In this document: positions 1 to 9,226 of the stretch, in pieces
Layout of the letters: each line of letters begins with the position of its first letter
Numbering within the stretch: position 1 is the stretch's first letter
Assembly (NCBI GenBank): GCA_040902845.1
Contig: JBBDWM010000034.1
Span: forward strand, 213,642 to 277,641
DNA: 64,000 bases
Direction: 5' to 3'
From: Acidimicrobiia bacterium
GTDB lineage: Bacteria; Actinomycetota; Acidimicrobiia; Spongiisociales; ZC4RG35
Notes under the pieces: generated by a model
What the model was told of the DNA's origin: nothing
The model's input: only the letters and a program-made list of their open reading frames with translations
Databases searched by the model: none
Program-made: the position numbers and the translations under genes

Positions 1-221
1 CACCGCACGACCCCTCGGGCAATGTCCTCGTCGGGGATGTGACTATCAGGAATGTCTCCGGCTCCTATGTCCATGCCACCTCACGTTTGGTTGCTGTGGC
101 CGGGATAGAGGATCTGGTGGTTGTGGAGACTCCGGATGCGGTCCTGGTCGTCCCCAGACGTAACTCACAGTTGGTGCGGGAGATAGTCGACAACCTCGCC
201 GAGCGGCCGAGCCAGGATTGA
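1..221 (+). CDS. 3' end of a gene entering from upstream; tail resembles mannose-1-phosphate guanylyltransferase family
   Basis: Frame 3 is open from the window edge to TGA 219-221 (track lists only the part from an internal M at 39). The tail GIEDLVVVETPDAVLVVP...VREIV resembles ManC-type C-termini from memory only. Confidence 0.4.
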   Translation, partial: PHDPSGNVLVGDVTIRNVSGSYVHATSRLVAVAGIEDLVVVETPDAVLVVPRRNSQLVREIVDNLAERPSQD

Positions 222-256
222 AGTTACTCCACCTGTGTTCCATACCATTCCCGGCG

Positions 257-562
257 ATGACCCGGCTTCTGTTGGCGGCACTCCTCATTGGCTTGCTGTC
301 TGCGTGTGTCGGGCGGGCGGCCGAGGACGCCACGGGCGAGGAGATCTATCTCCAGGTCTGTGCCAACTGTCACGGGGATTCGATGCAGGGGGCAGTGGGG
401 CCCTCGCTGGGACCGGGCTCAAATACCGCGAGCCAGCCTGACGAGTTCCTGAGGGTGACCATCAGCCAGGGGAGAGGCCGGATGCCTTCCTTCCAGTCGT
501 CCCTCAGCGATGACCAGGTCGATCGTCTCATCGGCTTCATCCGCCAGGAGCAGGGCCAATGA
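257..562 (+). CDS. Class I c-type cytochrome, predicted lipoprotein
   Basis: Heme-binding CANCH (CxxCH) motif and a distal Met (GRGRMPSF). Signal peptide MTRLLLAALLIGLLSAC has a lipobox Cys. ATG at 257 preferred over the TTG at 218 in the track. Stop overlaps the next start (ATGA at 559-562). Confidence 0.8.
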   Translation: MTRLLLAALLIGLLSACVGRAAEDATGEEIYLQVCANCHGDSMQGAVGPSLGPGSNTASQPDEFLRVTISQGRGRMPSFQSSLSDDQVDRLIGFIRQEQGQ

Positions 563-1518
563 TGGAGCTTCTCGACGCACTAGAGCTCCACCCCTTCCGG
601 ATTCCGATGCGTCACCGGTTTCGACGTGTCGACCATCGTGAGGGGGTGCTAATCCGAGGGCCCGCCGGATGGGGCGAGTTCTCACCCTTTCCGGACTATC
701 CACCGGAGGTGACCACCCGTTGGCTGGCGGCGGCGCTGGAGGCGGCTTGCAGCGCGCTTCCCGAACCAGGGCGCCAGTGGATCCCCGTCAATGTGACCGT
801 CCCAGCGGTGTCGCCTCAGATCGCCAGAGGCCTTGTCCTCGAGTCCGGGGCCAGCACCGCGAAGGTGAAGGTGGGTGAACCGGGCCAGGCCCCGGTCGAA
901 GACGAAGAGCGGCTCGCCGCGGTCAGGGACGCGCTGGGCCCTGAGGGCCGAATACGTGTCGACGTCAACGCCGGCTGGGATCTGGACACCGCGACCGAGC
1001 GTCTCGCCACATTCTCCAAGTTCGGGCTGGAGTACGCAGAGCAGCCAGTGGCCACGTTGGAGGAAATGATCGAGCTCAAGAAGAGGACCGACGTTCCCCT
1101 CGCTGCCGACGAGCTGGTCCGTCTCCGTCCCGACCCGCTCGAAGTGGCCGCATCAGGGGCAGCGGATCTGGTGGTCTTGAAGGTGCAACCCCTCGGCGGT
1201 GTCACCAGGGCCCTGGACATCGCGGCGAGAGCTGGTGTGCCCGTGGTGGTGTCCTCCGCCCTGGAGACCTCGATCGGGACCTATGCCGGTCTCCTGGTGG
1301 CTTCGTTGCTGCCCGACCTGCCCTATGCATGCGGTCTGGGCACGGTTGCCCTGATCGAGGGCGATCCGACACGGGATCCGCTTGTTTCACTCAACGGCCA
1401 ACTCGAGGTTCGAAGACCCGAGCCCGATCCTGAGCTCCTTGCGAGATGGCGCCCGGAACGCGATCGTGCAGCTGAAATGCTGCGCAAGGTCCGTTCGGCG
1501 GCCGAGGTGCTGACATGA
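559..1518 (+). CDS. menC: o-succinylbenzoate synthase (enolase superfamily)
   Basis: N-terminus ...HPFRIPMRHRFRRVDHREGVLIRGPAGWGEFSPFPDY is typical of short actinobacterial MenC. Translationally coupled to menD (ATGA at 1515-1518). Confidence 0.85.
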   Translation: MMELLDALELHPFRIPMRHRFRRVDHREGVLIRGPAGWGEFSPFPDYPPEVTTRWLAAALEAACSALPEPGRQWIPVNVTVPAVSPQIARGLVLESGASTAKVKVGEPGQAPVEDEERLAAVRDALGPEGRIRVDVNAGWDLDTATERLATFSKFGLEYAEQPVATLEEMIELKKRTDVPLAADELVRLRPDPLEVAASGAADLVVLKVQPLGGVTRALDIAARAGVPVVVSSALETSIGTYAGLLVASLLPDLPYACGLGTVALIEGDPTRDPLVSLNGQLEVRRPEPDPELLARWRPERDRAAEMLRKVRSAAEVLT

Positions 1519-3209
1519 CCCAACCCAACCCGAGCACCGCCCTCGCCAGGGTGTTGGTGGATGAGATGGCCAGACACGGGGTGTCGATGGCAGTCATATC
1601 ACCAGGCTCCCGATCAGCCGCGCTAGCGATCGCCTTCGACCAGCATCCTGGAATCACCACCCGCGTCGTGCTCGACGAGCGCTCGGCGGCGTTCTGGGCC
1701 CTGGGTCATGCACGGGCTACCGGGCAGCCGACAGTGGTGCTGGCGACGTCCGGCACCGCGGTGGCCAATCATCTTCCCGCTCTGATCGAGGCGGACCAGT
1801 CAATGGTGCCGCTGATCGTCATCTCCGCCGATCGCCCCCCGGAGATGCTTCACGTCGGCGCCAACCAGACCATTGACCAGGTTGGGCTCTTCGGGAACCG
1901 GGTCCGATGGTTCTGCAACATCGGCCCGGCGCAATCGCGCGTCGACCACAACGCATACTGGCGGAGCACCGTTTCCCAGGCGGTGGCTAGGGCGCTTGGG
2001 TATGGGGCGCGGCCGGGACCGGTCCATCTCAATATTGCCTTCAGCGAGCCAACCGTCCCGGTCGAGGACGATGGGAGGTCCGTTGCCGACCCCTATCCGT
2101 TTGCGATCCGCGGAAAGCCGGCAGAAGGCCGTTGGCAGGAGCATGTGATCGCTTCTCCCGGTTCGGCGAACTTGGAGGCGCCCAAGGATGCCCGCGGGCT
2201 GATCGTGGCCGGCGAGGGCGACTACGAGCTAGAGCCATTGGTGCGGGCCGCCGAACAGCTCGGCTGGCCGATTCTTGCGACTGCCCTCTCCGGTCTACGG
2301 GGGCGTTCCACGGTTTCCACCTATCACCATTTGCTGGTCTCGGGTGTGCCCCCCTCCTTGATACCCGAGATGGTGTTGACAATCGGGCGTACCGGGCCCA
2401 GTGACCGGATCTCGGCTTTGACCGCGCTCGACGGTCCGCAGGTCAGCATCGATCGCTGGGGCACCTGGAACGACGCCCGACGACGGGCCACTCATTTCCT
2501 CCAGGCCGATCCGGTCGCCACCCTCGAACGGCTCTCCTCCACGGTGTCGGCTGGGGCGGAATGGGCCGGGAGATGGGAGGCCGCCGATCAATCGATGCGC
2601 GCCGCTCTCGACGAGGCGATCGGGGTGGGAGAGCGGCCAACGGGCTGTTCGGTGGCCCGCGCCCTCTCCGACAGTGCCTGGGAGGTCCTGGTCTCGGCAT
2701 CTTCGATGCCGATTCGAGATGTTGACGCCCACACCGTCCACACTGGCTCGATCTACGCTAATCGGGGAGCCTCGGGCATCGATGGCCTCGTATCAACCGG
2801 GCTCGGGGTGGCGACGGCCGGATCGAGGACGGTGGTGCTGACCGGTGACCTGTCCCTGCTCCACGATGGCAACGGCTTCGTGTCCGACGACCTTCCTGAC
2901 GTGGTTTTCGTGGTTGTGGACAACAACGGTGGCGGACTGTTCGATCTTCTTCCACAGGCGACCCATGCTCCGGGATTCGATCGTTTGTTCGTGACCCCCC
3001 ATGGGCGGGATCTCCTGGGATTCGCCGCCTTCCACGGGCTCAGCGCCGTCGCCGTCAATTCGATAGGCGAGCTCGGCACCGAGTTGGATCAGCGCCTGGA
3101 GGCGGGAGGATGTCACGTCCTGGTGATTCCGGTGGACCGGGAGGCAGATCTCAAACGTCGCCAGGCGCTCGACGAGGTCGCCCGTTCGGTGGTGGCCGGG
3201 ATCAGCTGA
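1515..3209 (+). CDS. menD: 2-succinyl-5-enolpyruvyl-6-hydroxy-3-cyclohexene-1-carboxylate synthase (ThDP enzyme)
   Basis: 564 aa. N-terminal LARVLVDEMARHGV...SPGSRSAALAIA and C-terminal ThDP motif TGDLSLLHD...NNGGG. Confidence 0.9.
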   Translation: MTQPNPSTALARVLVDEMARHGVSMAVISPGSRSAALAIAFDQHPGITTRVVLDERSAAFWALGHARATGQPTVVLATSGTAVANHLPALIEADQSMVPLIVISADRPPEMLHVGANQTIDQVGLFGNRVRWFCNIGPAQSRVDHNAYWRSTVSQAVARALGYGARPGPVHLNIAFSEPTVPVEDDGRSVADPYPFAIRGKPAEGRWQEHVIASPGSANLEAPKDARGLIVAGEGDYELEPLVRAAEQLGWPILATALSGLRGRSTVSTYHHLLVSGVPPSLIPEMVLTIGRTGPSDRISALTALDGPQVSIDRWGTWNDARRRATHFLQADPVATLERLSSTVSAGAEWAGRWEAADQSMRAALDEAIGVGERPTGCSVARALSDSAWEVLVSASSMPIRDVDAHTVHTGSIYANRGASGIDGLVSTGLGVATAGSRTVVLTGDLSLLHDGNGFVSDDLPDVVFVVVDNNGGGLFDLLPQATHAPGFDRLFVTPHGRDLLGFAAFHGLSAVAVNSIGELGTELDQRLEAGGCHVLVIPVDREADLKRRQALDEVARSVVAGIS

Positions 3210-4323
3210 GGTCCAGCGCCCTCAACATCGGGAGCAGCTTGATCCGGGTCTCTTCGAGCTCTGCCTCGGGATCCGACCCATCCACCAGCCCGACACCGGT
3301 GTACAGAGTGACCCGCTGCCCACTGATCTCGCCGCATCTGAGGGCAATGGCGAACTCCCCATCGCCGTGAGCATCCATCCAGCCCACGGGGCCGGCGTAC
3401 CGGCCGCGACCATGGGCTTCGATCTCCCTGATCAGCTCGACCGCGGCTTTGGTGGGCGTCCCGGCTACGGCGGCTGTGGGGTGGAGGGCCGCCACCAGAT
3501 CGGTCACGTAGGTTCCGATGACCGTCTGTCCTTCGAACCCGGTGGCCAGGTGATGGATGTCGGCGAAGGTGTCGACCCGCCTCGGCAGTCGCTCCAGCCT
3601 GGTGCAGAAAGGCATCAGCGCCTCTTGCACCGAATCGGCCGCCAAGGTGTGCTCCACGGCCATCTTTGGTGAGTTGAGCGAAGCCGAGGCCGACGGATCG
3701 GTGCGATCAGCCGACCCGGCAAGGGACACCGACCGGACCGCCGATCCATGTTTGGAGACCAACAGCTCAGGGCTGGATCCGACCAGACCGTCGATCAGAA
3801 ACGTGTGTGATCTCCCCTGACTGTGGACCAACTCCTGCGCCACATGATGAATCGGGACATCGCCGTCGAACGCCATCTCGACGGTACGGGAGAGAACGAC
3901 CTTCTCCACCTCCCCGCGTGCGATCGCCTGCAAAGCAAGGTCGATCGCGGTCCTCCACGAGTCCTCGTCGTCGGCAAATACCCGCCCTGAGGGCATGGCG
4001 AAATGGGGTACAGGTTGGGGGATACGGTCGAGCTCCCCGGTCAACACCCGACTGCCCTGACCGGTGACTTCGAGGACCGTTTCGGGGATGATCACCACCG
4101 ATCCCGGCTCGTCTTCGTCAAAGGTGAAGGTGGCGAAGCCGATGCTGCCCGGGGTCCGGTCCAGGGCTTCTCGGGCCCGCTCGAATCGGTCGCTCCCGGT
4201 GCCCGGGTCGATTCGACAGCTCTCGCCCCAACCGAACAAAGCCATGCCATCGCGGATCCAGGCGACATCCGGTCGGGACCGAAGCGGCTCGGTAACAGCC
4301 TGGTCAGGCTCGTGTTTCTTCAT
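3202..4323 (-). CDS. menF: Isochorismate synthase (chorismate-binding enzyme)
   Basis: C-terminal chorismate-binding signature GRGRYAGPVGWMDAHGDGEFAIALRCG...TLYTGVGLV. Lies next to menC and menD. Confidence 0.85.
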   Translation of the reverse strand: MKKHEPDQAVTEPLRSRPDVAWIRDGMALFGWGESCRIDPGTGSDRFERAREALDRTPGSIGFATFTFDEDEPGSVVIIPETVLEVTGQGSRVLTGELDRIPQPVPHFAMPSGRVFADDEDSWRTAIDLALQAIARGEVEKVVLSRTVEMAFDGDVPIHHVAQELVHSQGRSHTFLIDGLVGSSPELLVSKHGSAVRSVSLAGSADRTDPSASASLNSPKMAVEHTLAADSVQEALMPFCTRLERLPRRVDTFADIHHLATGFEGQTVIGTYVTDLVAALHPTAAVAGTPTKAAVELIREIEAHGRGRYAGPVGWMDAHGDGEFAIALRCGEISGQRVTLYTGVGLVDGSDPEAELEETRIKLLPMLRALDLS

Positions 4324-5093
4324 TCAGGAGACCAGGCTAGGACTGGTCGCGTCGGTTCGATTCCGGCGAGGTCTCGCGCCAGTCTCGCCAGACGTTGTGC
4401 ATTCCCCGTGGTGACCAGGACCAGGGCTCCGTCACCAGGCTCTTCGGTGTGCACCCGCGCCACCTGCAAGGCAACTGCTGGTGCCGGGTCGACAACAGCA
4501 ATGGTGGCCCCGACCAGTTTCTCGATCACCGGGCGCAGAAACGGGAAATGGGTGCAGCCAAGCACCAACACGTCGGCGCCACCCTCGATCAGCGGTGCAA
4601 GACAGTCGGCGACCTGCTGCTCGACCTCTGGACCGTCGACCCTCCCGGCCTCAACGAGGCGAACCCAGGCCGGGCATGCCGCGTTGAGGACCTGGACATC
4701 CGGGGCGTGTCGGGTGACCACCGAGGAGTAGAGCTCGCCCTGGAAGGTGGCCGCCGTGGCCAGCACCCCGATCACCCCGGACCTGGTGGCGAGAGCCGCG
4801 GGTTTGACGGCCGGCTCCATTCCCACGAAGGGGATCGAGGGATGAATCTCACGGAGGCGATTGAGAGCGGCCGCAGACGCGGTGTTGCAGGCCACCACGA
4901 CGGTGGTGGCTCCTTCTCCAAGCAACCAGTTGGTCACTTCCTCGGAGATGGCGGCTACCTCTTCGAGGGAACGGGTTCCGTAGGGGGCGCGGCCTTGGTC
5001 GGCGAGATAGACCAGATCCGCCGCGGGTAGCTCCCGACGGATGTGAGAGAGGACCCCGAGCCCTCCGACACCGGAGTCGAACACACCGATCAT
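4320..5093 (-). CDS. murI: Glutamate racemase
   Basis: IGVFDSGVGGLGVL N-terminus, ACNTASA and GCTHFP catalytic-Cys motifs. Its stop overlaps the menF start (ATGA on the minus strand at 4320-4323). Confidence 0.93.
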   Translation of the reverse strand: MIGVFDSGVGGLGVLSHIRRELPAADLVYLADQGRAPYGTRSLEEVAAISEEVTNWLLGEGATTVVVACNTASAAALNRLREIHPSIPFVGMEPAVKPAALATRSGVIGVLATAATFQGELYSSVVTRHAPDVQVLNAACPAWVRLVEAGRVDGPEVEQQVADCLAPLIEGGADVLVLGCTHFPFLRPVIEKLVGATIAVVDPAPAVALQVARVHTEEPGDGALVLVTTGNAQRLARLARDLAGIEPTRPVLAWSPE

Positions 5094-5193
5094 GCGACCT
5101 ATCTCAGCAGGCCGCAGTCCGGCTCACTGGTAGCGTCGGCCGTCGTCGCTGGAGGGCACCTGTAGGACGTCTCACCACAGACGCAGCGAACCG

Positions 5194-5580
5194 CTAGCTA
5201 TGACGACGCGTTGACTCCTTGTAGTCGTTCAGGTGCCTTCGCGCTCGGCTGATGGCCTTCTGTTCTCGGCGACCGCCCCCGAACCTGCCCTTGTCATAGC
5301 CGCATAGGAGTAGAAGCACCTTGTTGCCGTATGGATGGAAATAGACGCGCAGGGTGATCTCATCGTCTCGGACTCGAAACTCAAACAAGCCCTTTCCCAA
5401 AGGTTTGCCGTACTCGGTTTGGCAGACATCCTTGCCCTGATATTGGAGGACTGCCTTTATCGCGGCCACCAAAGTCGCACGCTTAGCCGGCTCTAAGTCC
5501 TCAATGAACTCACGAGCGGGCTCGCGTCCGCTCGCCGTGGCGTAAAACTCGATCTCAAACGCGAACTCAGGGGTTGACAT
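5194..5580 (-). CDS. RelE/ParE-superfamily toxin, phage Gp49/HigB-like
   Basis: 128 aa. EFIEDLEP...KAV..., GKGLFEFRV...LRVYFHPYGNKVLLLLCGYDKG matches the Gp49-like addiction-module killer pattern. Lies in a low-GC patch. Confidence 0.8.
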   Translation of the reverse strand: MSTPEFAFEIEFYATASGREPAREFIEDLEPAKRATLVAAIKAVLQYQGKDVCQTEYGKPLGKGLFEFRVRDDEITLRVYFHPYGNKVLLLLCGYDKGRFGGGRREQKAISRARRHLNDYKESTRRHS

Positions 5581-5629
5581 AGTTATGTGTTTTGACCCAT
5601 ACTGTAGACATCCGAATAGAGGACTTACA

Positions 5630-5923
5630 GTGGCGCGTCAAGAAGGGTCGTTCAATAGCTTCCTTAAGACCTACGAAGACAACCTGTCTGGAGAAGAGCT
5701 TGAACGCTATGAGGTCAAGCTGGCCCAGTACGAGCTTGCGAATGAGCTGATCGAGCTCCGGAAGGCGGAGAGTTTGACCCAGCAGGCCTTGGCAGATCGC
5801 ACCGGGATCGGACAGCCAGAGATCAGTCGAATCGAAAGCGGCCAAGAGAATCCCACGATGTCCACGATGATTCGGTTGGCTCGTGGGCTTCAGGTCCGGA
5901 TCGGTTTCCGAGACAACGGCTGA
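5630..5923 (+). CDS. XRE-family helix-turn-helix protein, HigA-like antitoxin candidate
   Basis: HTH core LTQQALADRTGIGQPEISRIESGQENPTMSTMIRLARGL. GTG at 5630 is preceded by AGAGGA 6 nt upstream. The track start (ATG 5585) lies only 4 nt from the toxin ATG and is the alternative. Confidence 0.75.
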   Translation: MARQEGSFNSFLKTYEDNLSGEELERYEVKLAQYELANELIELRKAESLTQQALADRTGIGQPEISRIESGQENPTMSTMIRLARGLQVRIGFRDNG

Positions 5924-5977
5924 AGGAAACCTCTAAGACGAGTTTGAGGTATCCGGTCCTCTCCCGGAGCTACGGGG

Positions 5978-7915
5978 TCAAAGCCGTTCGATCCCGTCGA
6001 GACTCTCGGGGTTCTCCAGACTCGATAAGTCTCCCGGCTCTTGGCCCAGCGCCAGGGCCTTGACCACCCGGCGCATGATCTTTGCCGAGCGGGTGCGGGG
6101 TAGATCACCCACCCAGCGGATCGTCTTGGGCCGGAAGCTCTTCCCCAGGGATTCGACCACGGCTCCTTCGATCGCTGCGGTGAGGTTTTCATCGGGGGCG
6201 ATCCCGGCAGCGGGTACCAGGTAAAGCGCGATCGCCTCGCCCTTGAGCTCGTCGGGAACTCCGATGACGGCCGCCATCACCACTTCAGGAAAGGCGACGG
6301 CCACCGACTCGATCTCGGCGGGGCCGATCCGCTTGCCGGCGATGTTCAAGGTGTCATCGGATCTGCCGTGGAGATACCAGAATCCGTCTTCGTCGATCGA
6401 GGCCCAGTCTCCGTGGACCCAGGTTTCGTCGAAACGCTCCCAATAGGTGGCGAGATAGCGGTCCGGTTCATTCCAGAATCCCCTGGTCCTCCCCGGCCAC
6501 GACCCACGGACCACCAATTCTCCAACCTCCCTCCGCACCGGTCTGCCTTCGCTGTCGTAGACGTCGGCGTCGATCCCGAGGGCCGGGCCGCCGAGTGACG
6601 TGGGCTTGATTCCCTGGAGGAGATTGACGGAGAGCAAACAAGCCCCGATCTCGGTGCCGCCCGAGATGTTGACGATGGGGCGTGTCTCACCCCCGATGTC
6701 CTTGAACAACCACCACCAGGGATCGGGGTTCCACGGCTCCCCGGTGGAACCAAAGGTTTTCAGCCGCGACAGGTCGTGATGGTGAGCCTGCTCGGATCCG
6801 TGCCGCCGCAGGGCACGGATCAGGGTGGGGGAGATGCCCAGGAAGGTCAGTTCCAGCTCCGAGGCGGCCTGCCAGATCCGGTCCGGCCCCGGATAGTCGG
6901 GTGCTCCGTCATAGGTGGCGACTGCCGCGCCATTGGCCAACCCCGCTATCACGATCCAGGGGCCCATGATCCAACCCATGTCGGTGGCCCACATCACCAC
7001 GTCGTCGCGATGGAAGTCGAACTGGAATGCACCTTCGGCTGCCACCTGTACCCCGAACCCGCCGTGAACGTGGACCGCTCCCTTGGGGCGCCCGGTGGTC
7101 CCTGAGGTGTAGGCGATGAGGAATGGGTCCTCGGCGGCAGTGGGGACGACGGGATGCGGTTCCGCGTCATCCAACACCTCCGCCCACCAGAGGTCGCGAC
7201 CTTCTCGCATCGGGGTGTGGTCACGGTCGGCATAGTCGACCACCAGGAGGCGATCCACCCCATAGGAGAGCTCGACCGCCTGGTCGGCCACCTCCTTCAT
7301 CTCCACCAGGCTGCCGCGCCGCATATAGCCATTGGCGCAGATCAAGACCTTGGGTCTGGGATCTCGGAGCCGATTGGCAACGGCCTCGGCCCCGTAGCCG
7401 GAGAAGACCGGTACGAAGACAGCACCGATCCTGGCCACCGCGAGCAGAGAAACCACCGCCTCCGCGGCCATCGGCAGGAAGACCGCAACCGCGTCACCCC
7501 TTCGCACCCCGAGCCGGTGCAGGGCGCCGGCCAGCCTCGCCACCTCGTCACGGAGGCTGCCGAAGCTCAATTCCCTGGTCTCACCGCTCTCCTTCTGGGA
7601 GCGAAGGGCGAGTCGTTCCGGCGTTTCGTCTGCCCAACGGTCGACGCAGGAGCGGTTGATGTTGAAGACCGACCCGGCGAACCAGGTAGCCCATGGTGTC
7701 CCTCTCGAGGTGTCGAGGATCGCTCGCCAGGGTTTGTCGAAGGGCAGACCGAGATATTCGACAACCGATTCCCAGAACCACTCAGGATCCTCTACCGAGC
7801 GCCGTCGCAGTTGGTCGTAGCTCGCAAGCCCGTGCTCCGCCATGAAGCCGGCGGTGTGGGTGGCGGCGGCTCGCTCAGGGCTCGGGCGCCACACGATTTC
7901 GAAATGCTCCATCAC
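5978..7915 (-). CDS. AMP-forming acyl-CoA synthetase, acetyl/acetoacetyl-CoA synthetase family
   Basis: 645 aa. N-terminal DPEWFWE...PFDKPW, AMP-binding motif YTSGTTGRPKG, and C-terminal LPRTRSAKIMRR. Confidence 0.85.
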   Translation of the reverse strand: MMEHFEIVWRPSPERAAATHTAGFMAEHGLASYDQLRRRSVEDPEWFWESVVEYLGLPFDKPWRAILDTSRGTPWATWFAGSVFNINRSCVDRWADETPERLALRSQKESGETRELSFGSLRDEVARLAGALHRLGVRRGDAVAVFLPMAAEAVVSLLAVARIGAVFVPVFSGYGAEAVANRLRDPRPKVLICANGYMRRGSLVEMKEVADQAVELSYGVDRLLVVDYADRDHTPMREGRDLWWAEVLDDAEPHPVVPTAAEDPFLIAYTSGTTGRPKGAVHVHGGFGVQVAAEGAFQFDFHRDDVVMWATDMGWIMGPWIVIAGLANGAAVATYDGAPDYPGPDRIWQAASELELTFLGISPTLIRALRRHGSEQAHHHDLSRLKTFGSTGEPWNPDPWWWLFKDIGGETRPIVNISGGTEIGACLLSVNLLQGIKPTSLGGPALGIDADVYDSEGRPVRREVGELVVRGSWPGRTRGFWNEPDRYLATYWERFDETWVHGDWASIDEDGFWYLHGRSDDTLNIAGKRIGPAEIESVAVAFPEVVMAAVIGVPDELKGEAIALYLVPAAGIAPDENLTAAIEGAVVESLGKSFRPKTIRWVGDLPRTRSAKIMRRVVKALALGQEPGDLSSLENPESLDGIERL

Positions 7916-7983
7916 CCTCCTGACTGTGGCGTTGAGCGTAGGAGGCCCAATACCTGACCCCCCGCCGCCTACTCTCTCCGGCT

Positions 7984-9075
7984 ATGGCCTCGTCATCGGA
8001 GAGGGCGGACAGCCGGAGTTTTCGCCGGAGGACACTCGTCGTCGCCGGGGTGCTCGTGGCCACGGCCGTGGTCCTCTGGCTGGCCTTTCGGCTCAGCAAC
8101 ATCATCTTCATGGTCTTCGTTTCTTTGTTTGTCGCCGTGGCGATCGAACCTCCGGTTCATTTCCTCGAGAAGCGGGGCTGGAGGCGGGGCGGCGCCACCG
8201 GTGTCGTGTTCCTGGCCGCATTCGCTCTGGTGTTGGTGTTCCTGATCGCGCTGGTCCCGCTGTTCGTCGAGCAGATGAATCAGTTTGTGGACGCCACCCC
8301 TGGATACGTGGCGTCGGTGGCTCGGTTCGTGGAGGACACGTTTGGCGTGCAACTGTCCGATCTCCAGGTCGCGGAGGAAGGGCAGAATCTGGCCGACATA
8401 ATCGGCACTGCGGGGGGGACTCTGGTCGGCGGGGTCATCGGGGTCACGACCAGCGTCTTCAGCTTCCTCTTCTTCGCCTCCACGGTCGCCATCTTCTCCT
8501 TCTACATGGTGGCCGAACTGCCCAAGCTTCAGCACACGGTCCTCTCCTTCATGCCGGCGGACCAACAAAGAGAGGCGTTGCATGTCTGGGATATCGCGGT
8601 GGAGAAGATGGGCGGATACATCTACTCACGTCTGATCCTGGCGATTCTGAGCGGTCTTCTGTCGACCGTGGTGCTGACCTTTCTCGAAGTGCCCTTTGCC
8701 TTCTCACTTGGGATCTGGGTCGGAGTGCTCAGCCAGTTCATCCCGGTCATCGGCACCTATCTGGCAGCCGTCCTCCCCGCCGTGGTTGCTTTCTCCGCCA
8801 ACGGCCCGACTAACGCGTTGTGGGTGATCATCTACTTCGTGGCCTATCAACAGCTCGAGAATTACCTGGTCGCACCGAGGATCACGAAGCGGACCATGGA
8901 GATTCACCCCGCAGTCTCGATTGCGGCCATCCTCATCGGGGGGGCATTGTTGGGGGGAATCGGGATCGTCCTCGCCCTTCCCATGACCGGGATCATCCAG
9001 GCGCTCATCTCGGAGTCATCGACATATCGCCACGAAGTCATCCCCCAGGTGGTTGAGCCGGCACCTGATACCTGA
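7984..9075 (+). CDS. AI-2E family (PerM/UPF0118) transporter
   Basis: 363 aa polytopic membrane protein with the family-typical layout and a C-terminal segment QQLENYLVAPRI...HP. Confidence 0.8.
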   Translation: MASSSERADSRSFRRRTLVVAGVLVATAVVLWLAFRLSNIIFMVFVSLFVAVAIEPPVHFLEKRGWRRGGATGVVFLAAFALVLVFLIALVPLFVEQMNQFVDATPGYVASVARFVEDTFGVQLSDLQVAEEGQNLADIIGTAGGTLVGGVIGVTTSVFSFLFFASTVAIFSFYMVAELPKLQHTVLSFMPADQQREALHVWDIAVEKMGGYIYSRLILAILSGLLSTVVLTFLEVPFAFSLGIWVGVLSQFIPVIGTYLAAVLPAVVAFSANGPTNALWVIIYFVAYQQLENYLVAPRITKRTMEIHPAVSIAAILIGGALLGGIGIVLALPMTGIIQALISESSTYRHEVIPQVVEPAPDT

Positions 9076-9226
9076 CCCTTGAGAGTGTCGATCCTTGGTG
9101 TTGGATCGGAGCCGTTTTACCTTTACCCCGACCAGGACTCATCATGAGGGTCATTCGTGCGAGAGCGAACCGCCTCGACTGAGCACCAGGCCGAAAGCGT
9201 CGATCAAGCGATATGGAGGAAAGCCG

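Noticed and set aside
5924-5977. Short hairpins after the antitoxin gene (AACCTC...GAGGT about 5929-5950; TCCGG...CCGGA about 5952-5968) as terminators or att-site remnants
   Set aside because: The stems are only 5-6 bp with no U-tract. I found no direct repeat shared with the other edge of the islet (5094-5193), so neither a terminator nor an integration scar can be supported.
7154-7957. Long antisense or alternate-frame ORFs overlapping confident genes (for example 7154-7957, 7123-7659, 9038-10198, 19797-20573, 22686-23591, 24868-25581, 28640-29584, 38408-40153, 40674-41726, 44858-45775, 53865-54884, 55464-56237, 61374-63113)
   Set aside because: All lie opposite or out of frame to genes with strong family signatures. 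Their translations are Arg/Gly/Pro/His-rich and low in complexity. Long shadow ORFs like these are expected in DNA of about 65% GC.
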